64,000 nt of DNA from Eledone cirrhosa. Taxonomy: Eukaryota. Positions 1-14,199 of this stretch are shown here, piece by piece. The stretch covers positions 101,432,001 to 101,496,000 of the forward strand of contig OZ024744.1 in the NCBI GenBank assembly GCA_964016885.1, read 5' to 3'. Position numbers and translations under genes: made by a program. Positions within the stretch are counted from its first letter, which is position 1, and every line of letters begins with the position of its first letter. Under the pieces are notes generated by a model. The model searched no databases and was not told the DNA's origin. It worked only from the letters and a program-made list of their open reading frames with translations.

Positions 1-2800
1 CATGTAGGTGTCATTTCAAAAAGCACCCAGTACTCACTGTAAAGTTGTCATGTAGGTGTCATAAGTAAAAGCACCCAGCCCACATTGTAAAGTGGTCATG
101 TAGGTGTCATTTCAAAAAGCACCCAGTACTAACTGTAAAGAGGTCATGTAGGTGTCATGGTAAAATCACCCAGTACTCACTGTAAAGTGGTCATGTAGGT
201 GTCATTTCAAAAAGCACCCAGCCCACACGGTAAAGTGGTCATGTAGGTGTCATTTCAAAAAGCACCCAGTACTCACTGTAAAGTGGTCATGTAGTTGTCA
301 TGAGAAAAAGCACCCAGTACTCACTGTAAAGTGGTCATGTATGTGTCATGACAAAAAGCTCTCAGCCCACAGTGTAAAGTGGTCATGTAGGTGTCATTTC
401 AAAAAGCACCCAGTACTCACTGTAAAGTGGTCATGTAGGTGTCATGAGAAAAAGCACCCAGCCCACACTGTAAAGTGGTCAGGTAGGTGTCATTTCAAAA
501 AGCACCCAGTACTCACTGTAAAGTGGTAGTGTAGGTATCATGGCAAAAAGCACCCAGTACTCACTGTAAAGTGGTCATGTAGGTGTCATGACAAAAAGCT
601 CTCAGCCCACACTGTAAAGTGGTCATGTAGGTGTCATTTCAAAAAGCACCCAGTACTCACTGTAAATGTGGCCTTGTAGGTGTCTTGACAAAAAGCACCC
701 AGTACTCACTGTAAAGTGGCCATGTAGGTGTCATGAGAAAAAGCACCCAGTCCACACTGTAAAGTGGACATGTAGGTGTCATGAGAAAAAGCACCCAGTA
801 CTCACTGTAAAGTGGTCATGTAGGTTTCATTTCAAAAAGCACCCAGTACTCACTGTAAAGTGGTCATGTAGGTGTCATTTCAAAAAGCACCCAGTACTCA
901 CTGTAAATGTGGCCTTGTAGGTGTCTTGACAAAAAGCACCCAGTACTCACTGTAAAGTGGCCATGTAGGTGTCATGAGAAAAAGCACCCAGTCCACACTG
1001 TAAAGTGGACATGTAGGTTTCATGAGAAAAAGCACCCAGGCCACACTGAAAGTGGTCATGTAGGTGTCATTTCAAAAAGCACCCAGTACTCACTGTAAAG
1101 TGGTCATGTAGGTTTCATGAGAAAAAGCACCCAGGCCACACTGAAAGTGGTCATGTAGGTGTCATTTCAAAAAACACCCAGTCCACACTGTAAAGTGGTC
1201 ATGTAGGTGTCATGACAAAAAGCACCCAGTCCATACTATAAAGTGGTCATGTAGCTGTCATTACAAAAAGCTCCCAGTACTCACTGTAAAAGTGGTCATG
1301 TAGGTGTCATGACAAAAAACAGCCAGTACTCACTGTAAAGTGGTCTTGTAGGTGTCTTCATAAAAAGCACCCAGTACTCACTGTAAAGTGGTCATGTAGG
1401 TGTCATGAGAAAAAGCACCCAGTACTCACTGTAAAGTGGTCATGTAGGTGTCATGACAAAAAGCACCCAATACTCACTGTAAAGTGGTCATGTAGGTGTC
1501 ATGGCAAAAAGCACCCAGTACTGACTGTAAAGTGGTCATGTAGGTGTCATGAGAAAAAGCACCCAGTACTCACAGTAATGTGGTCATGTAGGTGTCATGA
1601 CAAAAAGCTCTCAGCCCACACTGTAAAGTGGTCATGTAGGTGTCATTTCAAAAAGCACCCAGTACTCACTGTAAAGTGGTCATGTAGGTGTCATGAGAAA
1701 AAGCACCCAGTCCACACTGTAAAGTGGACATGTAGGTGTCATGACAAAAAGCTGTCAGTCCATACTATAAAGTGCTCATGTAGCTGTCGTTACAAAAAGC
1801 TCCCAGTACTCACTGTAAAAGTGGTCATGTAGGTGTCATGACAAAAAACAGCCAGTACTCACTGTAAAGTGGTCTTGTAGGTGTCTTGATAAAAAGCACC
1901 CAGTACTCACTGTAAAGTGGTCATGTAGGTGTCATGACAAAAACACCCATTACTTTAATGTAAAGTGGTCATCTAGGCCTCATGAAAAAAAGCACCCAGT
2001 ACTCACTGTAAAGTGGTCATATAGATGTCATGACAAAAAGCACCCAGACCACACCATAAAGTGGTCATGTAGATGTCATGACACAAAACACCCAGTCCAC
2101 ACTGTAAAGTGGTCATGTAGGTCTCATGACAAAAAGCTCTCAGCCTACACTGTAAAGTGGTCATGTAGGTGTCATGAGAAAAAGCACCGAGCCCACACTG
2201 TAAAGTGGTCATGTAGGTGTCATGGCAAAAAGCACCCAGTACTCACTGTAAAGTGTTTTTGTAGGTGTCATGAGAAAAAGCACCCAGCCCACACCGTAAA
2301 GTAGTCATGTAGGTGTCATTTCAAAAAGCACCCAGTCCACACTGTAAAGTGGTCATGTAGGTGTCATGATAAAAAGCACCCAGTCCACACTGTAAAGTGG
2401 TCATGTAGATGTCATGACAAAAAGCACCCAGACCACACTGTAAAGTGGTCATGTAGATGTCATGACAAAAAACACCCAGTCCACACTGTAATGTGGTCAT
2501 GTAGGTGTCATGGCAAAAAGCACCCAGTACTCACTGTAAAGTGGTCATGTAGGTGTCATGAGAAAAAGCACCCAGCGCACACTGTAAAGTGGTCATGTAG
2601 GTGTCATGACAAAAAACACCCAGTCCACACTGTAATGTGGTCATGTAGGTGTCATGGCAAAAAGCACCCAGTACTCACTGTAAAGTGGTCATGCAGGTGT
2701 CATGAAAAAAGCACCCAGCCCACACTGAAAGTGGTCATGTAGGTGTCATTTCAAAAAGCACCCAGTACTCACTGTAAAGTGGTCATGTAGGTGTCATGAG

Positions 2801-5800
2801 AAAAAGCACCCAGTCCACACTGTAAAGTGTACATGTAGGTGTCATGACAAAAAGCTGTCAGTCGATACTGTAAAGTGGTCATGTAGATGTCATGACAAAA
2901 AGCTCCCAGTACTCACTGTAAAAGTGGTCATGTAGGTGTCATGACAAAAAACAGCCAGTACTCACTGTAAAGTGGTCTTGTAGGTGTCTTGATAAAAAGA
3001 ACCCAGTACTCACTGTAAAGTGGTCATGTAGGTGTCATGAGAAAAATCACCCAGTACTCTCTGTAAAGTGGTCATGTAGGTTTCATTTCAAAAAGCACCA
3101 AGTACTCACTGTAAAGTGGTCATGTACGTGTCATGGCAAAAAGCACCCAGTACTCACTGTAAAGTGGTCATGTAGGTGTCATGAGAAAAAGCACCCAGCC
3201 CACACTGAAAGTGGTCATGTAGGTGTCATTTCAAAAAGCACCCAGTACTCACTGTAAAGTGGTCATGTAGGTGTCATGAGAAAAAGCACCCAGTCCACAC
3301 TGTAAAGTGTACATGTAGGTGTCATGACAAAAAGCTGTCAGTCGATACTGTAAAGTGGTCATGTAGATGTCATGACAAAAAACACCCAGTCCACACTGTA
3401 AAGTGGTCATGTAGGTGTCATGACAAAAAGCACCCATTACTTTACTGTAAAGTGGTCATCTAGGCCTCATGAGAAAAAGCACCCGGTACTCACTGTAAAG
3501 TGGTCATGTAGGTGTCATGGCAAAAAGCACCCAGTACTCACTGTAAAGCGGTCATGTAGGTGTCATGAGAAAAAGCACCCAGTACTCACTGTAAAGTGGT
3601 CATGTAGGTGTCATGACAAAAAGCTCGCAGCCCACACTGTAAAGTGGTCATGTAGGTGACATTTCAAAAAGCACCCAGTACTCACTGTAAATGTGGTCTT
3701 GTAGGTGTCATGGCAAAAAGCACCCAGTACTCACTGTAAAGTGGTCATGTAGGTTTCATGAGAAAAAGCACCCAGGCCACACTGAAAGGGGTCATGTAGG
3801 TGTCATTTCAAAAAGCACCCAGTACTCACTGTAAAGTGATCATGTAGGTGTCATGACAAAAAGCACCCAGTCCATACTATAAAGTGGTCATGTAGGTTTC
3901 ATGAGAAAAAGCTCCCAGTACTCACTGTAAAAGTGGTCATGTAGGTGTCATGACAAAAAACAGCCAGTACTCACTGTAAAGTGGTCTTGTAGGTGTCTTC
4001 ATAAAAAGCACCCAGTACTCACTGTAAAGTGGTAATGTAGGAGTCATGAGAAAAAGCACCCAGTACTCACTGTAAAGTGGTCATGTAGGTGTCATTTCAA
4101 AAAGCACCCAGTACTCACTGTAAAGTGGTCATGTAGGTGTCATGGCAAAAAGCACCCAGTACTCACTGTAAAGTGGTCATGTAGGTGTCATGAGAAAAAG
4201 CACCCAGCCCACACTGAAAGTGGTCATGTAGGTGTCATTTCAAAAAGCACCCAGTACTCACTGTAAAGTGGTCATGTAGGTGTCATGGCAAAAAGCACCC
4301 AGTACTCACTGTAAAGTGTTTTTGTAGGTGTCATGAGAAAAAGCACCCAGCCCACACCGTAAAGTAGTCATGTAGGTGTCATTTCAAAAAGCACCCAGTC
4401 CACACTGTAAAGTGGTCATGTAGGTGTCATGATAAAAAGCACCCAGTCCACACTGTAAAGTGGTCATGTAGATGTCATGACAAAAAGCACCCAGACCACA
4501 CTGTAAAGTGGTCATGTAGATGTCATGACAAAAAACACCCAGTCCACACTGTAATGTGGTCATGTAGGTGTCATGGCAAAAAGCACCCAGTACTCACTGT
4601 AAATTGGTCATGTAGGTGTCATGAGAAAAAGCACCCAGCGCACACTGTAAAGTGGTCATGTAGGTGTCATTTCAAAAAGCACCCAGTCCACACTGAAAAG
4701 TGGACATGTAGGTGTCATGACAAAAAGCTGTCAGTCCATACTGTAAAGTGGTCATGTAGATGTCATGACAAAAAACACCCAGTTCACACTGTAAAGTGGT
4801 CATGTAGGTGTCATGCAAAAAGCAAACATTACTTTACTGTAAAGTGGTCATCTAGGCCTCATGAGAAAAAGCACCCAGTACTCACTGTAAAGTGGTCATG
4901 TAGGTGTCATTTCAAAAAGCACCCAGTCCACAATGAAAAGTGGACATGTAGGTGTCATGACAAAAAGCTGTCAGTCCATACTGTAAAGTGGTCATGTAGG
5001 TGTCATGACAAAAAGCAACCATTACTTTACTGTAAAGTGGTCATCTAGGCCTTATGAGAAAAAGCACCCAGTACTCACTGTAAAGTGGTCATGTAGGTGT
5101 CATGGCAAAAAGCACCCAGTACTCACTGTAAAGCGGTCATGTAGGTGTCATGAGAAAAAGCACCCAGTAATGACTGTAAAGTGGTCATGTAGGTGTCATG
5201 ACAAAAAGCTCTCAGCCCACACTGTAAAGTGGTGATGTAGGTGACATTTCAAAAAGCACCCAGTACTCACTGTAAATGTGGTCTTGTAGGTGTCATGGCA
5301 AAAAGCACCCAGTACTCACTGTAAAGTGGTCATGTAGGTTTCATGAGAAAAAGCACCCAGGCCACACTGAAAGGGGTCATGTAGGTGTCATTTCAAAAAG
5401 CACCCAGTACTCACTGTAAAGTGATCATGTAGGTGTCATGACAAAAAGCACCCAGTCCATACTATAAAGTGGTCATGTAGCTGTCATTACAAAAAGCTCC
5501 CAGTACTCACTGTAAAAGTGGTCATGTAGGTGTCATGACAAAAAACAGCCAGTACTCACTGTAAAGTGGTCTTGTAGGTGTCTTCATAAAAAGCACCCAG
5601 TACTCACTGTAAAGTGGTAATGTAGGAGTCATGAGAAAAAGCACCCAGTACTCACTGTAAAGTGGTCATGTAGGTGTCATTTCAAAAAGCACCCAGTACT
5701 CACTGTAAAGTGGTCATGTAGGTGTCATGGCAAAAAGCACCCAGTACTCACTGTAAAGTGGTCATGTAGGTGTCATGAGAAAAAGCACCCAGCCCACACT

Positions 5801-8800
5801 GAAAGTGGTCATGTAGGTGTCATTTCAAAAAGCACCCAGTACTCACTGTAAAGTGGTCATGTAGGTGTCATGGCAAAAAGCACCCAGTACTCACTGTAAA
5901 GTGTTTTTGTAGGTGTCATGAGAAAAAGCACCCAGCCCACACCGGAAAGTAGTCATGTAGGTGTCATTTCAAAAAGCACCCAGTCCACACTGTAAAGTGG
6001 TCATGTAGGTGTCATGATAAAAAGCACCCAGTCCACACTGTAAAGTGGTCATGTAGATGTCATGACAAAAAGCACCCAGACCACACTGTAAAGTGGTCAT
6101 GTAGATGTCATGACAAAAAACACCCAGTCCACACTGTAATGTGGTCATGTAGGTGTCATGGCAAAAAGCACCCAGTACTCACTGTAAAGTGGTCATGTAG
6201 GTGTCATGAGAAAAAGCACCCAGCGCACACTGTAAAGTGGTCATGTAGGTGTCATTTCAAAAAGCACCCAGTCCACACTGAAAAGTGGACATGTAGGTGT
6301 CATGACAAAAAGCTGTCAGTCCATACTGTAAAGTGGTCATGTAGATGTCATGACAAAAAACACCCAGTTCACACTGTAGAGTGGTCATGTAGGTGTCATG
6401 CAAAAAGCACCCATTACTTTACTGTAAAGTGGTCATCTAGGCCTCATGAGAAAAAGCACCCAGTACTCACTGTAAAGTGGTCATGTAGGTGTCATTTCAA
6501 AAAGCACCCAGTCCACAATGAAAAGTGGACATGTAGGTGTCATGACAAAAAGCTGTCAGTCCATACTGTAAAGTGGTCATGTAGGTGTCATGACAAAAAG
6601 CAACCATTACTTTACTGTAAAGTGGTCATCTAGGCCTCATGAGAAAAAGCACCCAGTACTCACTGTAAAGTGGTCATGTAGGTGTCATGGCAAAAAGCAC
6701 CCAGTACTCACTGTAAAGCGGTCATGTAGGTGTCATGAGAAAAAGCACCCAGTACTCACTGTAAAGTGGTCATGTAGGTGTCATGACAAAAAGCTCTCAG
6801 CCCACACTGTAAAGTGGTCATGTAGGTGACATTTCAAAAAGCACCCAGTACTCACTGTAAATGTGGTCTTGTAGGTGTCATGGCAAAAAGCACCCAGTAC
6901 TCACTGTAAAGTGGTCATGTAGGTGTCATGAGAAAAGGCACCCAGTACTCACTGTAAAGTGGTCATGTAGGTGTCATAACAAAAAGCTCTCAGCCCACAC
7001 TGTAAAGTGGTCATGTAGGTGTCATTTCAAAAAGCACCCAGTACTCACTGTAAATGTTGTCTTGTAGGTGTCTTGACAAAAAGCACCCAGTACTCACTGT
7101 AAAGTGGACATGTAGGTGTCATGACAAAAAGCTGTCAGTCCATACTGTAAAGTGGTCATGTAGGTGGCATGAGAAAAAGCACCCAGTCCACACTGTAAAG
7201 TGGACATGTAGGTGTCATGACAAAAAGCTGTCAGTCCATACTGTAAAGTGGTCATGTAGGTGGCATGTCAAAAAGCACCCAGTACTCACTGTAAAGTGGT
7301 CATGTAGGTTTCATGAGAAAAACCACCCAGGCCACACTGAAAGTGATCATGTAGGTGTCATGACAAAAAGCACCCAGTCCATACTATAAAGTGGTCATGT
7401 ACCTGTCATTACAAAAATCTCCCAGTACTCACTGTAAAAGTGGTCATGTAGGTGTCATGACAAAAAACAGCCAGTACTCACTGTAAAGTGGTCTTGTAGG
7501 TGTCTTGATAAAAAGTACCCAGTACTCACTGTAAAGTGGTAATGTAGGAGTCATGAGAGAAAGCACCCAGTACGCATTGTAAAGTGGTTATGTAGGTGTC
7601 ATTTCAAAAAGCACCCAGTACTCACTGTAAAGGGGTCATGTAGGTGTCATGAGAAAAAGCACCCAGCCCACACTGAAAGTGGTCATGTAGGTGTCATTTC
7701 AAAAAGCACCCAGTACTCACTGTAAAGTGGTCATGTAGGTGTCATGCAAAAAGCACCCAGTACTCACTGTAAAGTGGTCATGTAGGTGTCATGAGAAAAA
7801 GCACCGAGCCCACATTGTAAAGTGGTCATGTAGTACTCATGACAAAAAGTTCTCAGCCTACACTGTAAAGTGATCATGTAGGTGTCATGATAAAAGCACC
7901 CAGTACTCACTGTAAAGTGGTCATGTAGGTGTCATGACAAAAAGCTCTCAGCCCACACTGTAAAGTGGTCATGTAGGTGACATTTCAAAAAGCACCCAGT
8001 ACTCACTGTAAATGTGGTCTTGCAGGTGTCTTGACAAAAAGCACCCAGTACTCACTGTAAAGTGGTCATGTAGGTGTCATGAGAAAAAGCACCCAGTCCA
8101 CATTGTAAAGTGGACATGTAGGTGTCATGATAAAAAGCTGTCAGTCCATACTGTAAAGTGGTCTTGTAGGTGGCATGTCAAAAAGCACCCAGTACTCACT
8201 GTAAAGTGGTCATGTAGGTTTCATGAGAAAAAGCACCCAGGCCACACTGAAAGTGGTCATGTAGGTGTCATTTCAAAAAGCACCCAGTACTCACTGTAAA
8301 GTGATCATGTAGGTGTCATGACAAAAAGCACCCAGTCCATACTATAAAGTGGTCATGTACCTGTCATTACAAAAAGCTCCCAGTACTCACTGTAAAAGTG
8401 GTCACGTAGGTGTCATGACAAAAAACAGCCAGTACTCACTGTAAAGTGGTAATGTAGGAGTCATGAGAAAAAGCACCCAGTACGCATTGTAAAGTGGTCA
8501 TGTAGGTGTCATTTCAAAAAGCACCCAGTCCACACTGTAAAGTGTACATGTAGGTGTCATGACAAAAAGCTGTCAGTCGATACTGTAAAGTGGTCATGTA
8601 GATGTCATGACAAAAAGCTCCCAGTACTCACTGTAAAAGTGGTCATGTAGGTGTCATGACAAAAAACAGCCAGTACTCACTGTAAAGTGGTCTTGTAGGT
8701 GTCTTGATAAAAAGAACCCAGTACTCACTGTAAAGTGGTCATGTAGGTGTCATGAGAAAAATCACCCAGTACTCTCTGTAAAGTGGTCATGTAGGTTTCA

Positions 8801-11800
8801 TTTCAAAAAGCACCAAGTACTCACTGTAAAGTGGTCATGTACGTGTCATGGCAAAAAGCACCCAGTACTCACTGTAAAGTGGTCATGTAGGTGTCATGAG
8901 AAAAAGCACCCAGCCCACACTGAAAGTGGTCATGTAGGTGTCATTTCAAAAAGCACCCAGTACTCACTGTAAAGTGGTCATGTAGGTGTCATGAGAAAAA
9001 GCACCCAGTCCACACTGTAAAGTGTACATGTAGGTGTCATGACAAAAAGCTGTCAGTCGATACTGTAAAGTGGTCATGTAGATGTCATGACAAAAAACAC
9101 CCAGTCCACACTGTAAAGTGGTCATGTAGGTGTCATGACAAAAAGCACCCATTACTTTACTGTAAAGTGGTCATCTAGGCCTCATGAGAAAAAGCACCCG
9201 GTACTCACTGTAAAGTGGTCATGTAGGTGTCATGGCAAAAAGCACCCAGTACTCACTGTAAAGCGGTCATGTAGGTGTCATGAGAAAAAGCACCCAGTAC
9301 TCACTGTAAAGTGGTCATGTAGGTGTCATGACAAAAAGCTCGCAGCCCACACTGTAAAGTGGTCATGTAGGTGACATTTCAAAAAGCACCCAGTACTCAC
9401 TGTAAATGTGGTCTTGTAGGTGTCATGGCAAAAAGCACCCAGTACTCACTGTAAAGTGGTCATGTAGGTTTCATGAGAAAAAGCACCCAGGCCACACTGA
9501 AAGGGGTCATGTAGGTGTCATTTCAAAAAGCACCCAGTACTCACTGTAAAGTGATCATGTAGGTGTCATGACAAAAAGCACCCAGTCCATACTATAAAGT
9601 GGTCATGTAGCTGTCATTACAAAAAGCTCCCAGTACTCACTGTAAAAGTGGTCATGTAGGTGTCATGACAAAAAACAGCTAGTATTCACTGTAAAGTGGT
9701 CTTGTAGGTGTCTTCATAAAAAGCACCCAGTACTCACTGTAAAGTGGTAATGTAGGAGTCATGAGAAAAAGCACCCAGTACTCACTGTAAAGTGGTCATG
9801 TAGGTGTCATTTCAAAAAGCACCCAGTACTCACTGTAAAGTGGTCATGTAGGTGTCATGGCAAAAAGCACCCAGTACTCACTGTAAAGTGGTCATGTAGG
9901 TGTCATGAGAAAAAGCACCCAGCCCACACTGAAAGTGGTCATGTAGGTGTCATTTCAAAAAGCACCCAGTACTCACTGTAAAGTGGTCATGTAGGTGTCA
10001 TGGCAAAAAGCACCCAGTACTCACTGTAAAGTGTTTTTGTAGGTGTCATGAGAAAAAGCACCCAGCCCACACCGTAAAGTAGTCATGTAGGTGTCATTTC
10101 AAAAAGCACCCAGTCCACACTGTAAAGTGGTCATGTAGGTGTCATGATAAAAAGCACCCAGTCCACACTGTAAAGTGGTCATGTAGATGTCATGACAAAA
10201 AGCACCCAGACCACACTGTAAAGTGGTCATGTAGATGTCATGACAAAAAACACCCAGTCCACACTGTAATGTGGTCATGTAGGTGTCATGGCAAAAAGCA
10301 CCCAGTACTCACTGTAAATTGGTCATGTAGGTGTCATGAGAAAAAGCACCCAGCGCACACTGTAAAGTGGTCATGTAGGTGTCATTTCAAAAAGCACCCA
10401 GTCCACACTGAAAAGTGGACATGTAGGTGTCATGACAAAAAGCTGTCAGTCCATACTGTAAAGTGGTCATGTAGATGTCATGACAAAAAACACCCAGTTC
10501 ACACTGTAAAGTGGTCATGTAGGTGTCATGCAAAAAGCAAACATTACTTTACTGTAAAGTGGTCATCTAGGCCTCATGAGAAAAAGCACCCAGTACTCAC
10601 TGTAAAGTGGTCATGTAGGTGTCATTTCAAAAAGCACCCAGTCCACAATGAAAAGTGGACATGTAGGTGTCATGACAAAAAGCTGTCAGTCCATACTGTA
10701 AAGTGGTCATGTAGGTGTCATGACAAAAAGCAACCATTACTTTACTGTAAAGTGGTCATCTAGGCCTTATGAGAAAAAGCACCCAGTACTCACTGTAAAG
10801 TGGTCATGTAGGTGTCATGGCAAAAAGCACCCAGTACTCACTGTAAAGCGGTCATGTAGGTGTCATGAGAAAAAGCACCCAGTAATGACTGTAAAGTGGT
10901 CATGTAGGTGTCATGACAAAAAGCTCTCAGCCCACACTGTAAAGTGGTCATGTAGGTGACATTTCAAAAAGCACCCAGTACTCACTGTAAATGTGGTCTT
11001 GTAGGTGTCATGGCAAAAAGCACCCAGTACTCACTGTAAAGTGGTCATGTAGGTTTCATGAGAAAAAGCACCCAGGCCACACTGAAAGGGGTCATGTAGG
11101 TGTGATTTCAAAAAGCACCCAGTACTCACTGTAAAGTGATCATGTAGGTGTCATGACAAAAAGCACCCAGTCCATACTATAAAGTGGTCATGTAGCTGTC
11201 ATTACAAAAAGCTCCCAGTACTCACTGTAAAAGTGGTCATGTAGGTGTCATGACAAAAAACAGCCAGTACTCACTGTAAAGTGGTCTTGTAGGTGTCTTC
11301 ATAAAAAGCACCCAGTACTCACTGTAAAGTGGTAATGTAGGAGTCATGAGAAAAAGCACCCAGTACTCACTGTAAAGTGGTCATGTAGGTGTCATGGCAA
11401 AAAGCACCCAGTACTCACTGTAAAGTGGTCATGTAGGTGTCATGAGAAAAAGCACCCAGCCCACACTGAAAGTGGTCATGTAGGTGTCATTTCAAAAAGC
11501 ACCCAGTACTCACTGTAAAGTGGTCATGTAGGTGTCATGGCAAAAAGCACCCAGTACTCACTGTAAAGTGTTTTTGTAGGTGTCATGAGAAAAAGCACCC
11601 AGCCCACACCGTAAAGTAGTCATGTAGGTGTCATTTCAAAAAGCACCCAGTCCACACTGTAAAGTGGTCATGTAGGTGTCATGATAAAAAGCACCCAGTC
11701 CACACTGTAAAGTGGTCATGTAGATGTCATGACAAAAAGCACCCAGACCACACTGTAAAGTGGTCATGTAGATGTCATGACAAAAAACACCCAGTCCACA

Positions 11801-14190
11801 CTGTAATGTGGTCATGTAGGTGTCATGGCAAAAAGCACCCAGTACTCACTGTAAAGTGGTCATGTAGGTGTCATGAGAAAAAGCACCCAGCGCACACTGT
11901 AAAGTGGTCATGTAGGTGTCATTTCAAAAAGCACCCAGTCCACACTGAAAAGTGGACATGTAGGTGTCATGACAAAAAGCTGTCAGTCCATACTGTAAAG
12001 TGGTCATGTAGATGTCATGACAAAAAACACCCAGTTCACACTGTAAAGTGGTCATGTAGGTGTCATGCAAAAAGCACCCATTACTTTACTGTAAAGTGGT
12101 CATCTAGGCCTCATGAGAAAAAGCACCCAGTACTCACTGTAAAGTGGTCATGTAGGTGTCATTTCAAAAAGCACCCAGTCCACAATGAAAAGTGGACATG
12201 TAGGTGTCATGACAAAAAGCTGTCAGTCCATACTGTAAAGTGGTCATGTAGGTGTCATGACAAAAAGCAACCATTACTTTACTGTAAAGTGGTCATCTAG
12301 GCCTCATGAGAAAAAGCACCCAGTACTCACTGTAAAGTGGTCATGTAGGTGTCATGGCAAAAAGCACCCAGTACTCACTGTAAAGCGGTCATGTAGGTGT
12401 CATGAGAAAAAGCACCCAGTACTCACTGTAAAGTGGTCATGTAGGTGTCATGACAAAAAGCTCTCAGCCCACACTGTAAAGTGGTCATGTAGGTGACATT
12501 TCAAAAAGCACCCAGTACTCACTGTAAATGTGGTCTTGTAGGTGTCATGGCAAAAAGCACCCAGTACTCACTGTAAAGTGGTCATGTAGGTGTCATGAGA
12601 AAAGGCACCCAGTACTCACTGTAAAGTGGTCATGTAGGTGTCATAACAAAAAGCTCTCAGCCCACACTGTAAAGTGGTCATGTAGGTGTCATTTCAAAAA
12701 GCACCCAGTACTCACTGTAAATGTTGTCTTGTAGGTGTCTTGACAAAAAGCACCCAGTACTCACTGTAAAGTGGACATGTAGGTGTCATGACAAAAAGCT
12801 GTCAGTCCATACTGTAAAGTGGTCATGTAGGTGGCATGAGAAAAAGCACCCAGTCCACACTGTAAAGTGGACATGTAGGTGTCATGACAAAAAGCTGTCA
12901 GTCCATACTGTAAAGTGGTCATGTAGGTGGCATGTCAAAAAGCACCCAGTACTCACTGTAAAGTGGTCATGTAGGTTTCATGAGAAAAACCACCCAGGCC
13001 ACACTGAAAGTGATCATGTAGGTGTCATGACAAAAAGCACCCAGTCCATACTATAAAGTGGTCATGTACCTGTCATTACAAAAATCTCCCAGTACTCACT
13101 GTAAAAGTGGTCATGTAGGTGTCATGACAAAAAACAGCCAGTACTCACTGTAAAGTGGTCTTGTAGGTGTCTTGATAAAAAGTACCCAGTACTCACTGTA
13201 AAGTGGTAATGTAGGAGTCATGAGAGAAAGCACCCAGTACGCATTGTAAAGTGGTTATGTAGGTGTCATTTCAAAAAGCACCCAGTACTCACTGTAAAGG
13301 GGTCATGTAGGTGTCATGAGAAAAAGCACCCAGCCCACACTGAAAGTGGTCATGTAGGTGTCATTTCAAAAAGCACCCAGTACTCACTGTAAAGTGGTCA
13401 TGTAGGTGTCATGCAAAAAGCACCCAGTACTCACTGTAAAGTGGTCATGTAGGTGTCATGAGAAAAAGCACCGAGCCCACATTGTAAAGTGGTCATGTAG
13501 TACTCATGACAAAAAGTTCTCAGCCTACACTGTAAAGTGATCATGTAGGTGTCATGATAAAAGCACCCAGTACTCACTGTAAAGTGGTCATGTAGGTGTC
13601 ATGACAAAAAGCTCTCAGCCCACACTGTAAAGTGGTCATGTAGGTGACATTTCAAAAAGCACCCAGTACTCACTGTAAATGTGGTCTTGCAGGTGTCTTG
13701 ACAAAAAGCACCCAGTACTCACTGTAAAGTGGTCATGTAGGTGTCATGAGAAAAAGCACCCAGTCCACATTGTAAAGTGGACATGTAGGTGTCATGATAA
13801 AAAGCTGTCAGTCCATACTGTAAAGTGGTCTTGTAGGTGGCATGTCAAAAAGCACCCAGTACTCACTGTAAAGTGGTCATGTAGGTTTCATGATAAAAAG
13901 CACCCAGGCCACACTGAAAGTGGTCATGTAGGTGTCATTTCAAAAAGCACCCAGTACTCACTGTAAAGTGATCATGTAGGTGTCATGACAAAAAGCACCC
14001 AGTCCATACTATAAAGTGGTCATGTACCTGTCATTACAAAAAGCTCCCAGTACTCACTGTAAAAGTGGTCACGTAGGTGTCATGACAAAAAACAGCCAGT
14101 ACTCACTGTAAAGTGGTAATGTAGGAGTCATGAGAAAAAGCACCCAGTACGCATTGTAAAGTGGTCATGTAGGTGTCATTTCAAAAAGCA
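2801..14190. repeat. Tandem duplication of a ~5.7-kb (119/118-monomer) HOR, two copies: ~2801-8515 and ~8516-14190
   Basis: Identical or near-identical ORFs are offset by 5715 (3249/8964, 3420/9135, 4554/10269, 5005/10720) and then by 5667 (6139/11806, 6861/12528, 7054/12721, 8012/13679). A TTC monomer present at ~5680 is absent at ~11390, which explains the 48-bp change. Confidence 0.9.
3420..6900. repeat. 1585-bp (33-monomer) HOR nested inside the 5.7-kb unit; recurs at ~9135-12570
   Basis: ORF offsets 3420/5005/6590 and 4554/6139 are all 1585. In the second 5.7-kb copy, 9135/10720 = 1585 and 10720/12257 = 1537. Confidence 0.87.
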
Positions 14191-14199
14191 CCCAGTACT

